Origin: Planctomycetota bacterium
GTDB taxonomy: Bacteria > Planctomycetota > SZUA-567 > JAKLDR01
Length of the DNA stretch: 64,000 nucleotides
Assembly: GCA_022703445.1 (NCBI GenBank)
Contig: JAKLDR010000003.1
Coordinates: 36,407 to 100,406 of the forward strand
Direction: 5' to 3'
Position numbers and translations under genes: made by a program. Numbering within the stretch: position 1 is the first letter of the stretch; each line of letters begins with the position of its first letter. Below are positions 55,515 through 64,000 of the stretch, one piece after another. The notes under the pieces were generated by a model. That model ran no database searches, was not told where the DNA came from, and saw only the letters and a program-made list of their open reading frames with translations.

Positions 55515-56567
55515 TCAGCGCCTCACCCCGTCCAGGACCTCGCGCACGCGGCCGATCAGCGCCTCCGCCGTGAAGGGCTTCTGGAGGTAATTCGTACCCG
55601 GCGGAAGCGCCCCGCTCCGGACGGCCGCGTGTTCGGGGTAGCCGGACATGAAGAGCACCTTGATGCCCGGGCGCGCGGCGCCGAGCCGCTCCGCCACCTC
55701 CGGCCCGCCCACCCGGGGCATGATCATGTCGGTGACCAGCAGGTCGATGGCCCCGCAGTGCCCGCTGGCCGCATGCAGAGCCTGATCGCCGTCGCAGGCT
55801 TCCAGGATGACATAGCCCTGACCGGCGAGGGCCTCGAGAACCTCCGCCCGGATCGAGGGCTCGTCCTCCGCCAACAGGATGGTCTCCGTGCCACGCAAAA
55901 GCACGACCGGCTCGTCCGGAGACTGGGGCGATCCGACGCGACCATCGGCGCGGGGCAGGTAGATTCTGAGGATCGTGCCGTGGCCGGGCTCGCTGTAGAG
56001 CCAGATGTGCCCGCCGTTCCGGCTGACGATGCCATGGACAATGCACAGGCCCAGGCTGGCGCCCTCGCCCGGCGTCTTGGCGGGGAAGAAGGGCTCGAAG
56101 AGCCGGCTACGGGTCGTGGCATCCATGCCCGCCCCGGTGTCGCTGATCGTCAGCATGACGTATTGCCCGGGCGCGACCCGCTCGTGCCAGAACGCGCTCT
56201 TCTCGTCAACTTCGGCATTGCCGGTTTCGATAGTGAGCTCGCCGCCCTCGGGCATGGCATCACGGGCGTTGGCGGACAGGTTCAGAAGCACCTGCTCCAT
56301 CTGGGCGGTATCGGCCCTGGCAGCCCAGAGATCGGCAGCCAGGCACATCCGGAGATCGACGCCATCGCCGATCTCTCGCCTGATCATCGTCTCCATGCCC
56401 TTGAGTATGGAGTTGAGGTCCAGCGGGCCTGGCCGGACCGCCTGCCTGCCATCCGGGACCGGATGCCGCCGGGCGGGCGCGGCGGCGTGGTCGCAACGGC
56501 CCCTATGAGAGCTCGCGTCACCAGCGCGCAACCGTTCGTCGGTCAGACTGCTTTCGGCAACGCTCAT
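55515..56567 (-). CDS. HATPase + REC protein lacking the HisKA/H-box (truncated hybrid kinase)
   Basis: GGAGG before ATG 56567; NLSANARDAM, DTGAGMD, FEPFF, REC DLLVTD; no AHDFNN-like box. Confidence 0.7.
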   Translation of the reverse strand: MSVAESSLTDERLRAGDASSHRGRCDHAAAPARRHPVPDGRQAVRPGPLDLNSILKGMETMIRREIGDGVDLRMCLAADLWAARADTAQMEQVLLNLSANARDAMPEGGELTIETGNAEVDEKSAFWHERVAPGQYVMLTISDTGAGMDATTRSRLFEPFFPAKTPGEGASLGLCIVHGIVSRNGGHIWLYSEPGHGTILRIYLPRADGRVGSPQSPDEPVVLLRGTETILLAEDEPSIRAEVLEALAGQGYVILEACDGDQALHAASGHCGAIDLLVTDMIMPRVGGPEVAERLGAARPGIKVLFMSGYPEHAAVRSGALPPGTNYLQKPFTAEALIGRVREVLDGVRR

Positions 56568-56885
56568 GGTCGCGCCTCCGCTCGCCCGATGCCGCCCCTG
56601 GCGCGACGCGTTCGACAGCCCGCGCCCCAAGGCACCGGGATCGGGATCATCAGGCAGCTACTTAATGGCCTGGGGTCCGGATTTATTCCGGCGGCCCGGA
56701 AGTGCCCTATCTCTGGACGCCCCGGGGATCGCTCCATACGGGTCGCTTGCCCTTTGCAGCCACCCAGGCATGTCCTTTGGCTAGATCTGGCCGGACAGGT
56801 CATAGCCTGAGTGTCTGCAGGTCCTCAGTGCGGGCCGGACGGGCGCCGAGGTCCGGCCAGGGGAGGACGAGGCAGGCATCATCCC

Positions 56886-56901
56886 TGGCCCGCCAGTTGC
56901 T
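56886..56901 (+). promoter_or_regulatory. sigma54 (-24/-12) promoter
   Basis: TGGCCCG-CCAG-TTGCT, ending 12 bp before ATG 56914. Confidence 0.65.
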
Positions 56902-56913
56902 GGACCGCCAGCC

Positions 56914-57480
56914 ATGCCCCGACTCGCGAACCTGCCGCTGAACCCCGAGACCATCGTCTACCCCGGCGGAGACCTGGGGAAGGCCAGGGCCAGCGCCTAT
57001 CTCAACGTCCTGATGCGGATGCTGGCCCTGCCCGGCATGAGTCGGCTCGGACTGGTGACCAGGCTGCTGCGCCACGGGCTGGGAGTGCCGGCCTCGACCT
57101 CCATCAACCCCGGGTTCCACTGTCACGCGGGGAATATCCATTGTGGCGAGGGCGTGGACCTCTCCGACACCCTTTTCATCGACTATGCGCCGGTCTACAT
57201 CGGCGATGGCACCTGGTTCTCCTATCGCAACATGGTGATCACCGCCGCTCGGGACTACGAGAAGGTCACCGCCCGGCCGGTGGTGCTGGAGAGGAACGTC
57301 TGGGTCACCAGCAACGTGACCATCCTGCCCGGGGTGCGCATCGGCGAGAACAGCGTGATCGGCGCCGGCAGCGTGGTCGTCCGGGACATACCCCCCAACG
57401 TCCTGGCGGCCGGCAATCCCTGCCGGCCGATCCGGGCCGTTCAGCGCACCCGCCCCAAGCGGTCCCGGCCGGGCAGCTAG
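56914..57480 (+). CDS. Hexapeptide-repeat (LbH) O-acetyltransferase
   Basis: PVVLERNVWVTSNVTILPGVRIGENSVIGAGSVVVRDIPPNVLAAGNPCRPI. Confidence 0.9.
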   Translation: MPRLANLPLNPETIVYPGGDLGKARASAYLNVLMRMLALPGMSRLGLVTRLLRHGLGVPASTSINPGFHCHAGNIHCGEGVDLSDTLFIDYAPVYIGDGTWFSYRNMVITAARDYEKVTARPVVLERNVWVTSNVTILPGVRIGENSVIGAGSVVVRDIPPNVLAAGNPCRPIRAVQRTRPKRSRPGS

Positions 57481-57496
57481 CAGCGGAACCTGGCGT

Positions 57497-59017
57497 GTGG
57501 ACCTCAAGGCCCTCGGACGGAACACCCTGATCTACGCCGTCGGCAACATCGGGCTGCGCGCCGTGGCCTTCCTGCTCATCCCGCTCTACGCCCACCTGCT
57601 TTCCCAACCCGACTTCGGGATGCTCTACACCATCTTCTTCACCATGCAGATCATGCTGGTGCTCATGAACCTGGGCGTCCGCGAGAGCCTGGTCCGCTTC
57701 GCCAGCGAGGCCGGGCGCGCCGGCCGGATGGGCACACTGCTGGGCAGCTGCCTGCTGGTCAACCTGGCCGGCGGGGCGCTGGTGACCGGCGCAGCCATGG
57801 CCTTCCTGCTCCCCTTCCTCGGCGGGCTGCTCCACGTCGAAAACCCCGGGCGCTATGTGCTGCTGGCTTCGGCCATCACCCTGGCCCAGGTGCTCACCAA
57901 CCAGATGCTCAACTACTTCCGGGCCATCAACTCGGCCCTGCGGTTCATGGCCGCCGGGCTCTGCGTGGCCGTCGCGCTGGTCATCGCCAACGTCCTGCTG
58001 CTCGGGGTCTTCCACATGGGCATCATCGGGGCGCTGGTCGCCCAGCTGATCGTCTACGGACTGGCCTTCGCGGTGCTGGCGGCGCTGATCCTCCCCCGAC
58101 TGGGCCTGGGCGCCTCCCGGCAGGTGCTCCGCCAGGTGCTGGCCTTCGGCTCCCCCCTGGTGCTCTCCGAGTTCGCCTGGTCGGTGATGATCGCCGTGCC
58201 CGCCTACTTCCTGAGTTACCACGTGGGTCTGGCCGAAGTGGCCACCTACTCGCTGGGCGTGCGCCTGGCCCAGGTGGTGACCATCGTGCTGATCCTCCCG
58301 TTCCAGCTGGCCTACGCCCCCTACGTCTTCGCGCACCTGGACAACGCCGCCATCCGCCAGTCCATGAGCCGGGTGCTGACCTACCTGGTGCTGGCCTTCG
58401 GCGCGGTGGCCTTCGCGGTGCTGACCGGCTCGCGCTTCCTGGTGCCCCTGATCGTGCCGGCGGGCTATTCCGGGGCGGTGCTGGTGCTGCTGATGATGCT
58501 GCCGGCCGTCGGCTTCGAGGCGCTCTATGCCTTCTCGTCGACGCTGCTGCTCATCAGGCGCCGAAGCCGCGTCGCCGGGGGGCTCGCCGTGCTGGCCGGA
58601 GGAATCAGCCTGGGGCTGAATCTGGCATTGGTTCCGGCTTTCGGCCTGTACGGGGCCATCCTGGTTGTGAACCTGGCCACCGGCTTCATGGCCCTGGCGG
58701 TGCTCATTGCCGGGCTGCGCACCTACCCCTTGCGGCTGGAGGTGAAGCGCATGACCGTGGGCCTGGCCGCCTTCGCCGGGCTGGGCCTGCTCTTCCTGGC
58801 CGCGCGCGAGGCTTCCCCCCCGGCTTTCATCGCGGCAGTGGTCCTGCCGGGCCTGGCCGTTCCGGTGCTGCTCTACGTCAGCGGTTTCTTCGACCCGTCC
58901 GAGAAACGCGGCATCCGCGACGTTCTCGGGAGGAAGATCTCCTTCTGGAGACGCCCGGCCGCCCGGCCGGCGTTGCCTTCGCGGCTGGCGCAGGTTCTGC
59001 CTTCGGACCGGGTTTGA
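57497..59017 (+). CDS. Oligosaccharide flippase (Wzx family)
   Basis: LGRNTLIYAVGN...LLIPLYAHLLS..DFG; many TM helices; ATYSLGVRLA. Confidence 0.88.
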   Translation: MDLKALGRNTLIYAVGNIGLRAVAFLLIPLYAHLLSQPDFGMLYTIFFTMQIMLVLMNLGVRESLVRFASEAGRAGRMGTLLGSCLLVNLAGGALVTGAAMAFLLPFLGGLLHVENPGRYVLLASAITLAQVLTNQMLNYFRAINSALRFMAAGLCVAVALVIANVLLLGVFHMGIIGALVAQLIVYGLAFAVLAALILPRLGLGASRQVLRQVLAFGSPLVLSEFAWSVMIAVPAYFLSYHVGLAEVATYSLGVRLAQVVTIVLILPFQLAYAPYVFAHLDNAAIRQSMSRVLTYLVLAFGAVAFAVLTGSRFLVPLIVPAGYSGAVLVLLMMLPAVGFEALYAFSSTLLLIRRRSRVAGGLAVLAGGISLGLNLALVPAFGLYGAILVVNLATGFMALAVLIAGLRTYPLRLEVKRMTVGLAAFAGLGLLFLAAREASPPAFIAAVVLPGLAVPVLLYVSGFFDPSEKRGIRDVLGRKISFWRRPAARPALPSRLAQVLPSDRV

Positions 59018-59160
59018 TGTCCGATCATTTCGTTTGACCAGCTCGCGAGCATCGGAAGTGTATGCCCACTCGGGCTGCGGCGGCCGATTGGGAATGCCGC
59101 GGACCTGCATCCCGAACAATTGCCAGCTCATCCATGAACACCCCGGAGCCGCGACCGCCA

Positions 59161-59176
59161 TGGCATGGACCTTGCT
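59161..59176 (+). promoter_or_regulatory. sigma54 (-24/-12) promoter
   Basis: TGGCATG-GACC-TTGCT upstream of ATG 59211. Confidence 0.78.
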
Positions 59177-59210
59177 CAACGGCCCCCTCGGGAAAGGCGG
59201 TGCTCCGACC

Positions 59211-60026
59211 ATGCATCCTCAAGGCAGGGCAATCATCCGGAGCGCCGTCGTCCCCGTGGCCGAACCATCCTCGAGTTCCGGTTCGGCCAGGAGCGCGGCA
59301 TATCTAGTATGCGTCGCCGCGCTCTTGCTGGCCGGGGCGGCGGGCTGTCGCGGGTCTTCGGTGGCGTCGAATCCCGCGTTGCCCGTCGACCCCGGCCCTA
59401 TACCGACTGTCCTGGTGCCGGGCGACACCATCGAGGTCAAGTTCTACTACACTCCGGAGCTCAACGACGTCCAGACCATCAGGCCCGACGGCAGGATCAT
59501 GCTCCATCTGGTCGGCGAGGTGGTCGCCAGTGGCAGGACGCCGGTCGAGCTGGCCAACGCGATCCGGGACCTGTACCTCAAACAGCTCCGCGAGCCCATG
59601 CCGGTGGTGCTGGTGCGCAGCTTCAGCACCAGGCGGGTCTACGTGATCGGCGAGGTGCTCACCCCCGGGGCGGTGGCCGTCCCCGGCGCGCCGCTGTCGG
59701 TGCTCGAGGCCGTGGCCCTCGCCGGCGGCCCCAATCCGCGGACCGCCGAGACCCGCAGCGTGCTGGTCATCCGCAGGATGCCCGACGGCCGCTGCCGGGG
59801 CTTCGGGGTCGATCTCAGCGGGACCCTGGCCGGCGGGTCCGCCGATATCGGCAGCCTTCAGCCGCAGGACATCGTGTATGTGCCGCGCACCCGGATCGTC
59901 GAGATCGACCAGTGGATCAACCAGCACATCAACCAGATCATCCCCCGGCTGGGGCTGATCTACACGTACACCTCGGGCGGCGTGACTTCCGGGGTGAACC
60001 TGAGCAACGGAGTGGCCGGCCCCTGA
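59211..60026 (+). CDS. Polysaccharide export lipoprotein (Wza family)
   Basis: LLAGAAGC lipobox; LVPGDTIEV...IRPDGRI; VYVIGEV; LQPQDIVYVP. Confidence 0.88.
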   Translation: MHPQGRAIIRSAVVPVAEPSSSSGSARSAAYLVCVAALLLAGAAGCRGSSVASNPALPVDPGPIPTVLVPGDTIEVKFYYTPELNDVQTIRPDGRIMLHLVGEVVASGRTPVELANAIRDLYLKQLREPMPVVLVRSFSTRRVYVIGEVLTPGAVAVPGAPLSVLEAVALAGGPNPRTAETRSVLVIRRMPDGRCRGFGVDLSGTLAGGSADIGSLQPQDIVYVPRTRIVEIDQWINQHINQIIPRLGLIYTYTSGGVTSGVNLSNGVAGP

Positions 60027-60077
60027 TGGCCCGTCGGCGCGGTGCCGGGGCGGTCAGAAGTCCGGTTGGAGGCGACC

Positions 60078-62411
60078 ATGGCCACCGACAGTGAGCAGCG
60101 CGGTAGAGCCACGGCCGGCGACCTGCGCGATGTCGCCGGCGTGCTCTTTCGCCGCGCGTGGCTGATCGCCGGCTCGATCGCCGTGGTCGTGGGCCTGAGC
60201 GCCGCGGTGCTGGCCGTGCTGGGCAGCGTCTACCGCTCGGAGGCCAAACTGCTGGTGCGCGTCGGCCGGGAGAGCGTGGCTCTGGACCCCACCGCCACCA
60301 CCGGACAGATGGTCAGCCTGGCCCTGAACCGCGTCAACGAGATCAACTCGGAGATCGAGATCCTCACCAGCCGGCAGCTGGCCAGCCGGGTGGTGGCCGA
60401 CATCGGCGCGGGGAACATCCTCCGGCCGGCAGGCCGCTGGTCCGGGATGGCCGCGGCCGTCGCCGACGAGGGGGCCGCCCCGGGCGATCAGCAGGACGAC
60501 TCCGGGATGCAGCGCGCTGTGGACGCATTCGCCAAGCGCCTGGAGGTCCGGGCGATCAAGGACAGCAGCGTCCTGACCGTCTCCTACGAGGCGGCCGACC
60601 CGCTCATGGCCCAGGAGGTGCTGCAGAAGCTGCTGGCCAACTACCTCGATGCGCACATCACCGCGCACCGCACAGCCGGGTCGCTGGGATTCTTCGCGCG
60701 CGAGACCACGGCGCTCGGCGAGAGCCTCGGCCGCACCGAACTGGCCCTCCGGGACCTCAAGAACGAGTCCGGGATCGTCTCCGTAGAGGCCCAGCGCGAG
60801 ACGCTCTCGCAGCGCCTGGCCGAGCTCAACCAGGCCTCCAGCCGCAACCGGACCGCCCTGGCCGTCTCCCGGGCGCGGCTGGCCGTCCTCTTGAAGCAGC
60901 TGGCCGCGCAGCCTGCCATGGTCCTGGCCCAGGAGAACACCGGCATGGCCGGCACCGCGGTGGAGTTCATGCGCCAGAAACTCTACGAACTGCAGACCGA
61001 GGAGCAGGCGCTCCTGATCCGCTACATGCCGGAGAGCGCCCCGGTGACCAGCATCCGCAGGCAGATCGAGGAGTCCAAGGTCATCCTGGCGCGCGAGGAG
61101 TCCGGCCACAAGGAGATCCACCTGGAGGCCAACGTGGTCCGCCGGGAACTGGAGCTCAAATCCCTGGCCGAGCAAGACAACCTGGCCGCGCTCGAGGCCG
61201 AGGGCGCCGCACTGGCCGGCAACCTGGCCGCGGCGAGCGACACGCTGCGGACGCTCAACGAGGTCACCCGGCGCAGCGCGCAGCTCGAGCGGCAGCGGGA
61301 CTTCGAGAAGGCCATGCTGGAAGGCTATGCCGGCAAGAGCGAGCAGGCCCGGATCGACCAGGAACTGGAGGCCCAGCGGATCTCCAACATCAGCGTGCTC
61401 CAGGCGGCAACGCTCCCGGACAAGCCGGTGCGCCCTAACAAGTCGCTGGTGCTGGCCCTGGCCCTGCTGCTGGGCCTGACCGGCGGGCTGGCCCTGGCCT
61501 TCACGGTTGACCGCCTGGACCACTCCTTCCACGGCCCCCAGGACCTGGAGCGGGCCATTTCCGCCCCGGTGCTCACCGCGGTGCCCCGCGCCGGAACGCC
61601 GGTAGTGCTGCTCGATGCTCTGGTCGCCCAGGGCAAGCCAGCCGCCAAAGCGCCGGCCCTCACGGTGCTCGCCCTGGACGGTCCGCCTGCACCTTCCGCA
61701 CCGGCCACGTCCGCCGCCGGTTCCCGGCCCACGGACGGTACGGATCCCGGCGCCAGCAGGAGGCACCACCGCCACCATCGGCACATGCGGCGCCAGTTGG
61801 ATGCCTACGACGAGCTGCGCGACGAACTGATGATCCTGCGGGGCGGGACCCTGCCGGCCACCTTCGGTGTGCTCGGGCCCACCGGCGGGGAGGGTGCCAG
61901 CACGGTGGCCACCAATCTGGCCATCAAGCTGGCCGGCAGCGGCGACGGCCCGGGGCTGCTGGTGGATTGCCACCTGGACCGGCCGGCCATGCACGACATG
62001 TTCGACCTGCCCCTGTCACCCGGCTTGGGCGAGTTGATCAGCGGGCGCGTGGCCGACGGGGCGCTGATCCGGTCGCCCCTCCCGCACCTGGACGTGCTGA
62101 CCGCCGGCCGGACCGGACGCTTCCTGCCCATGACCCAGAAACTGCAAGCGCTGAGGCTGCTCCTGGGCGAGTGGAAGAAGCGCTACCGTTTCGTGGTGCT
62201 GGATCTGCCGCCCGCCTGTGGTGCGGGCAGCGCGGTGCGCAAGGCCAGCCTGCTTGACGGGGTGGTCATGGTGGTCCAGGCCGAACGCTCGCGCCGCGAG
62301 ATCGTGGAGCGCGCCTGGCGGCTGCTGACCACGGCCAAGATCGAACTTCTCGGCCTGGTCCTCAATCAGCGCCGGTTCCCGCTTCCCCAGTGGCTGTACG
62401 AAAGACTCTGA
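60078..62411 (+). CDS. Polysaccharide co-polymerase (Wzc/GumC-like) with a degenerate tyrosine-kinase domain
   Basis: GGAGG RBS; two TM helices flanking a coiled coil; GEGAST in place of GEGKST; LLVDC; VVLDLPP. Confidence 0.88.
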   Translation: MATDSEQRGRATAGDLRDVAGVLFRRAWLIAGSIAVVVGLSAAVLAVLGSVYRSEAKLLVRVGRESVALDPTATTGQMVSLALNRVNEINSEIEILTSRQLASRVVADIGAGNILRPAGRWSGMAAAVADEGAAPGDQQDDSGMQRAVDAFAKRLEVRAIKDSSVLTVSYEAADPLMAQEVLQKLLANYLDAHITAHRTAGSLGFFARETTALGESLGRTELALRDLKNESGIVSVEAQRETLSQRLAELNQASSRNRTALAVSRARLAVLLKQLAAQPAMVLAQENTGMAGTAVEFMRQKLYELQTEEQALLIRYMPESAPVTSIRRQIEESKVILAREESGHKEIHLEANVVRRELELKSLAEQDNLAALEAEGAALAGNLAAASDTLRTLNEVTRRSAQLERQRDFEKAMLEGYAGKSEQARIDQELEAQRISNISVLQAATLPDKPVRPNKSLVLALALLLGLTGGLALAFTVDRLDHSFHGPQDLERAISAPVLTAVPRAGTPVVLLDALVAQGKPAAKAPALTVLALDGPPAPSAPATSAAGSRPTDGTDPGASRRHHRHHRHMRRQLDAYDELRDELMILRGGTLPATFGVLGPTGGEGASTVATNLAIKLAGSGDGPGLLVDCHLDRPAMHDMFDLPLSPGLGELISGRVADGALIRSPLPHLDVLTAGRTGRFLPMTQKLQALRLLLGEWKKRYRFVVLDLPPACGAGSAVRKASLLDGVVMVVQAERSRREIVERAWRLLTTAKIELLGLVLNQRRFPLPQWLYERL

Positions 62412-62438
62412 CCGGCCGGGCAGGAAGGAGACCAGCGC

Positions 62439-63638
62439 ATGTCATTCTGGAGAAGTATCCACGGCCTCCTGCCCACCGCCCCACGGCGCGAGGAGGAGGG
62501 CCTCGCCTCCGGGGCCGCGATGCACCGGTTGCTGGAGCAGGAACGCGCCCGCGCCGAGCGGACCGGGTTGGAGTTCTCACTGCTGACCTTCCATGTTCCG
62601 GCCGGCGAGGAGGGCCGGCGGCTCGTGCCGCGACTGGCCGCCGAGCTGTCCAGTCGCGTGCGGGCCACCGACACGGTCGGCTGGCTGGACCAGGGCCGGG
62701 TCGGCGTGCTCCTGCCGGCGACCATCCCGCCGGGCGCCCACAGGTTGGGCGACGAGACCGTCAAGCGCATGGCGGCGCTGGGCTGGCCGGTGGAGTACCA
62801 TGTCTGCGTCTTCTCCGCGCACTGCCGGCCCTGGAACCCCGCCCGGGGCTCCGGAGACGGCAATGGCGACAGCGGACACCTTCGGGACGGCGATGCGGCC
62901 GAGGCCCTCCGCGGCCAGCCGACTTCGGACGCCGGCCACCTCCGCCCGGAGGACGACGAGCCCATGGAGCCGCTGTTCGCGGTGCGCACACCCCTATGGA
63001 AGCGGACCATGGACGTGGTCGGCGCTGCGGCCGGGCTGATCGCGCTCGCGCCGCTGATGCTGCTGGTGGCGCTGGCCGTGAAGCTGACTTCGCCGGGACC
63101 GGTGCTCTTCCGGCAGGAGCGGGTGACCGTGGCCGGCCGGATCTTCACCTTCCTGAAATTCCGGAGCATGCGCTCGGACAACGACGCCTCCGGACACCGC
63201 AACTACGTGGCCGGACTGATCCACTCCGACCGGCCCATGAGGAAGCTCGAGGACGACCCGCGCATCCTGTCCCTGGGCCGGTTCCTGCGCAGAACCTGCC
63301 TGGACGAACTGCCCCAGCTCATCAACGTGCTCCGCGGGGAGATGAGCCTGGTCGGCCCGCGGCCCTGCCTGCCCTACGAGGCGGCGGAGTACGCCCGCTG
63401 GCATGCGCGGCGTTTCGACCTGCTGCCAGGCATGACCGGGCTCTGGCAGGTAAGCGGCAAGAACGAGTGCACCTTCCGGGAGATGGTCCGGCTGGACATC
63501 GCCTATGCCCGGAGACTGTCCCTGTGGCTGGATCTAAAGATCCTGTTCAGAACCCCCCTGGCGGTGCTGGGCAGCGCCGGAGGCGCTCGCTCCCAGGCCA
63601 ACGCGATGAAGGGAATGGTCCATGAGCAATCGGCTTAA
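62439..63638 (+). CDS. Priming phosphoglycosyltransferase (sugar transferase) with N-terminal degenerate GGDEF domain
   Basis: KRTMDV, SPGPVLFRQER, FLKFRSM, DDPRI, LDELPQLINVLRGEMSLVGPRP; N-terminal EQERARAER...RATDTVGW...GVLLP. Confidence 0.88.
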   Translation: MSFWRSIHGLLPTAPRREEEGLASGAAMHRLLEQERARAERTGLEFSLLTFHVPAGEEGRRLVPRLAAELSSRVRATDTVGWLDQGRVGVLLPATIPPGAHRLGDETVKRMAALGWPVEYHVCVFSAHCRPWNPARGSGDGNGDSGHLRDGDAAEALRGQPTSDAGHLRPEDDEPMEPLFAVRTPLWKRTMDVVGAAAGLIALAPLMLLVALAVKLTSPGPVLFRQERVTVAGRIFTFLKFRSMRSDNDASGHRNYVAGLIHSDRPMRKLEDDPRILSLGRFLRRTCLDELPQLINVLRGEMSLVGPRPCLPYEAAEYARWHARRFDLLPGMTGLWQVSGKNECTFREMVRLDIAYARRLSLWLDLKILFRTPLAVLGSAGGARSQANAMKGMVHEQSA

Positions 63639-64000
63639 CCTCGCCGTGGTCGGATGCGGTTACTGGGGGCCCAATCTGGCCCGCAACTTCGACTCCCTGC
63701 CGACCTGCCGGCTGGGGGCCATCTGCGACTCGAGCCGCGAGCGCCTGGGCAAGGCGCTGGTCCGCCATCCCGCGGCGCGGCCGCTGGCGTCCTTCGACGA
63801 ACTCCTTAGCGACGGGGATCTGGAGGCCGTGGCCATCGCCACCCCGGTGCGCACCCACTATGAGCTGGCCCGGCGGGCGCTCGAGAGGGGCCTGCACGTC
63901 TTCATCGAGAAACCCATGACCTCCTCAACCGCCGAGGCCGAGGAGCTGGTCGCCCTGGCCGACAAGAAGGGCCTGGTCCTGATGGTCGGGCACGTCTTCG
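63622..64000 (+). CDS. Gfo/Idh/MocA family oxidoreductase (runs off the right edge)
   Basis: LAVVGCGYWGPNLARNF, AVAIATP, HVFIEKP, VLMVGHVF. Confidence 0.9.
   Translation, partial: MSNRLNLAVVGCGYWGPNLARNFDSLPTCRLGAICDSSRERLGKALVRHPAARPLASFDELLSDGDLEAVAIATPVRTHYELARRALERGLHVFIEKPMTSSTAEAEELVALADKKGLVLMVGHVF

Noticed and set aside
38900-64000. Calling the right part a mobile genomic island
   Set aside because: No integrase, transposase, tRNA or att-like direct repeats were seen in the window; the compositional difference is only an impression.
1-64000. tRNA, rRNA or riboswitch, including a glmS ribozyme before 53628
   Set aside because: No cloverleaf or rRNA-like sequence was seen in the intergenic regions; only 45 bp separate glmS from the upstream gene.

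Overview
Very GC-rich bacterial chromosome segment. The gene types (methyltransferase/PQQ-propeller, FlgD/NHL and DUF4175-like giants, many TPR proteins) suggest the PVC superphylum, probably Planctomycetota; this is an inference. I count about 43 CDS and found no rRNA, tRNA, CRISPR array, integrase or transposase. Left part (1-39 kb): large secreted proteins, housekeeping genes (stand-alone homocysteine methyltransferase, rpsT) and a GntR/LacI-type regulator heading three tandem GH123/DUF4091-like paralogs plus a kelch protein. It also holds a radical SAM/SPASM - nucleotidyltransferase - TIGR04222 (Gly/Cys tail) operon, sigma70 promoters feeding apparently leaderless genes, and several different 7-8-bp-period hairpin repeats, one of them in frame inside a gene. 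Right part (39-64 kb): a signalling/exopolysaccharide block with five near-consensus sigma54 promoters around an NtrC-type activator. It includes a ferritin-like domain fused to a GspE/PilB ATPase, a PilZ-MshEN-PilZ protein, a ferredoxin and a hemerythrin, glmS, a Walker-A-defective Wzc and a degenerate GGDEF domain fused to the priming glycosyltransferase. Family names come from motif recognition by eye, not from database searches.
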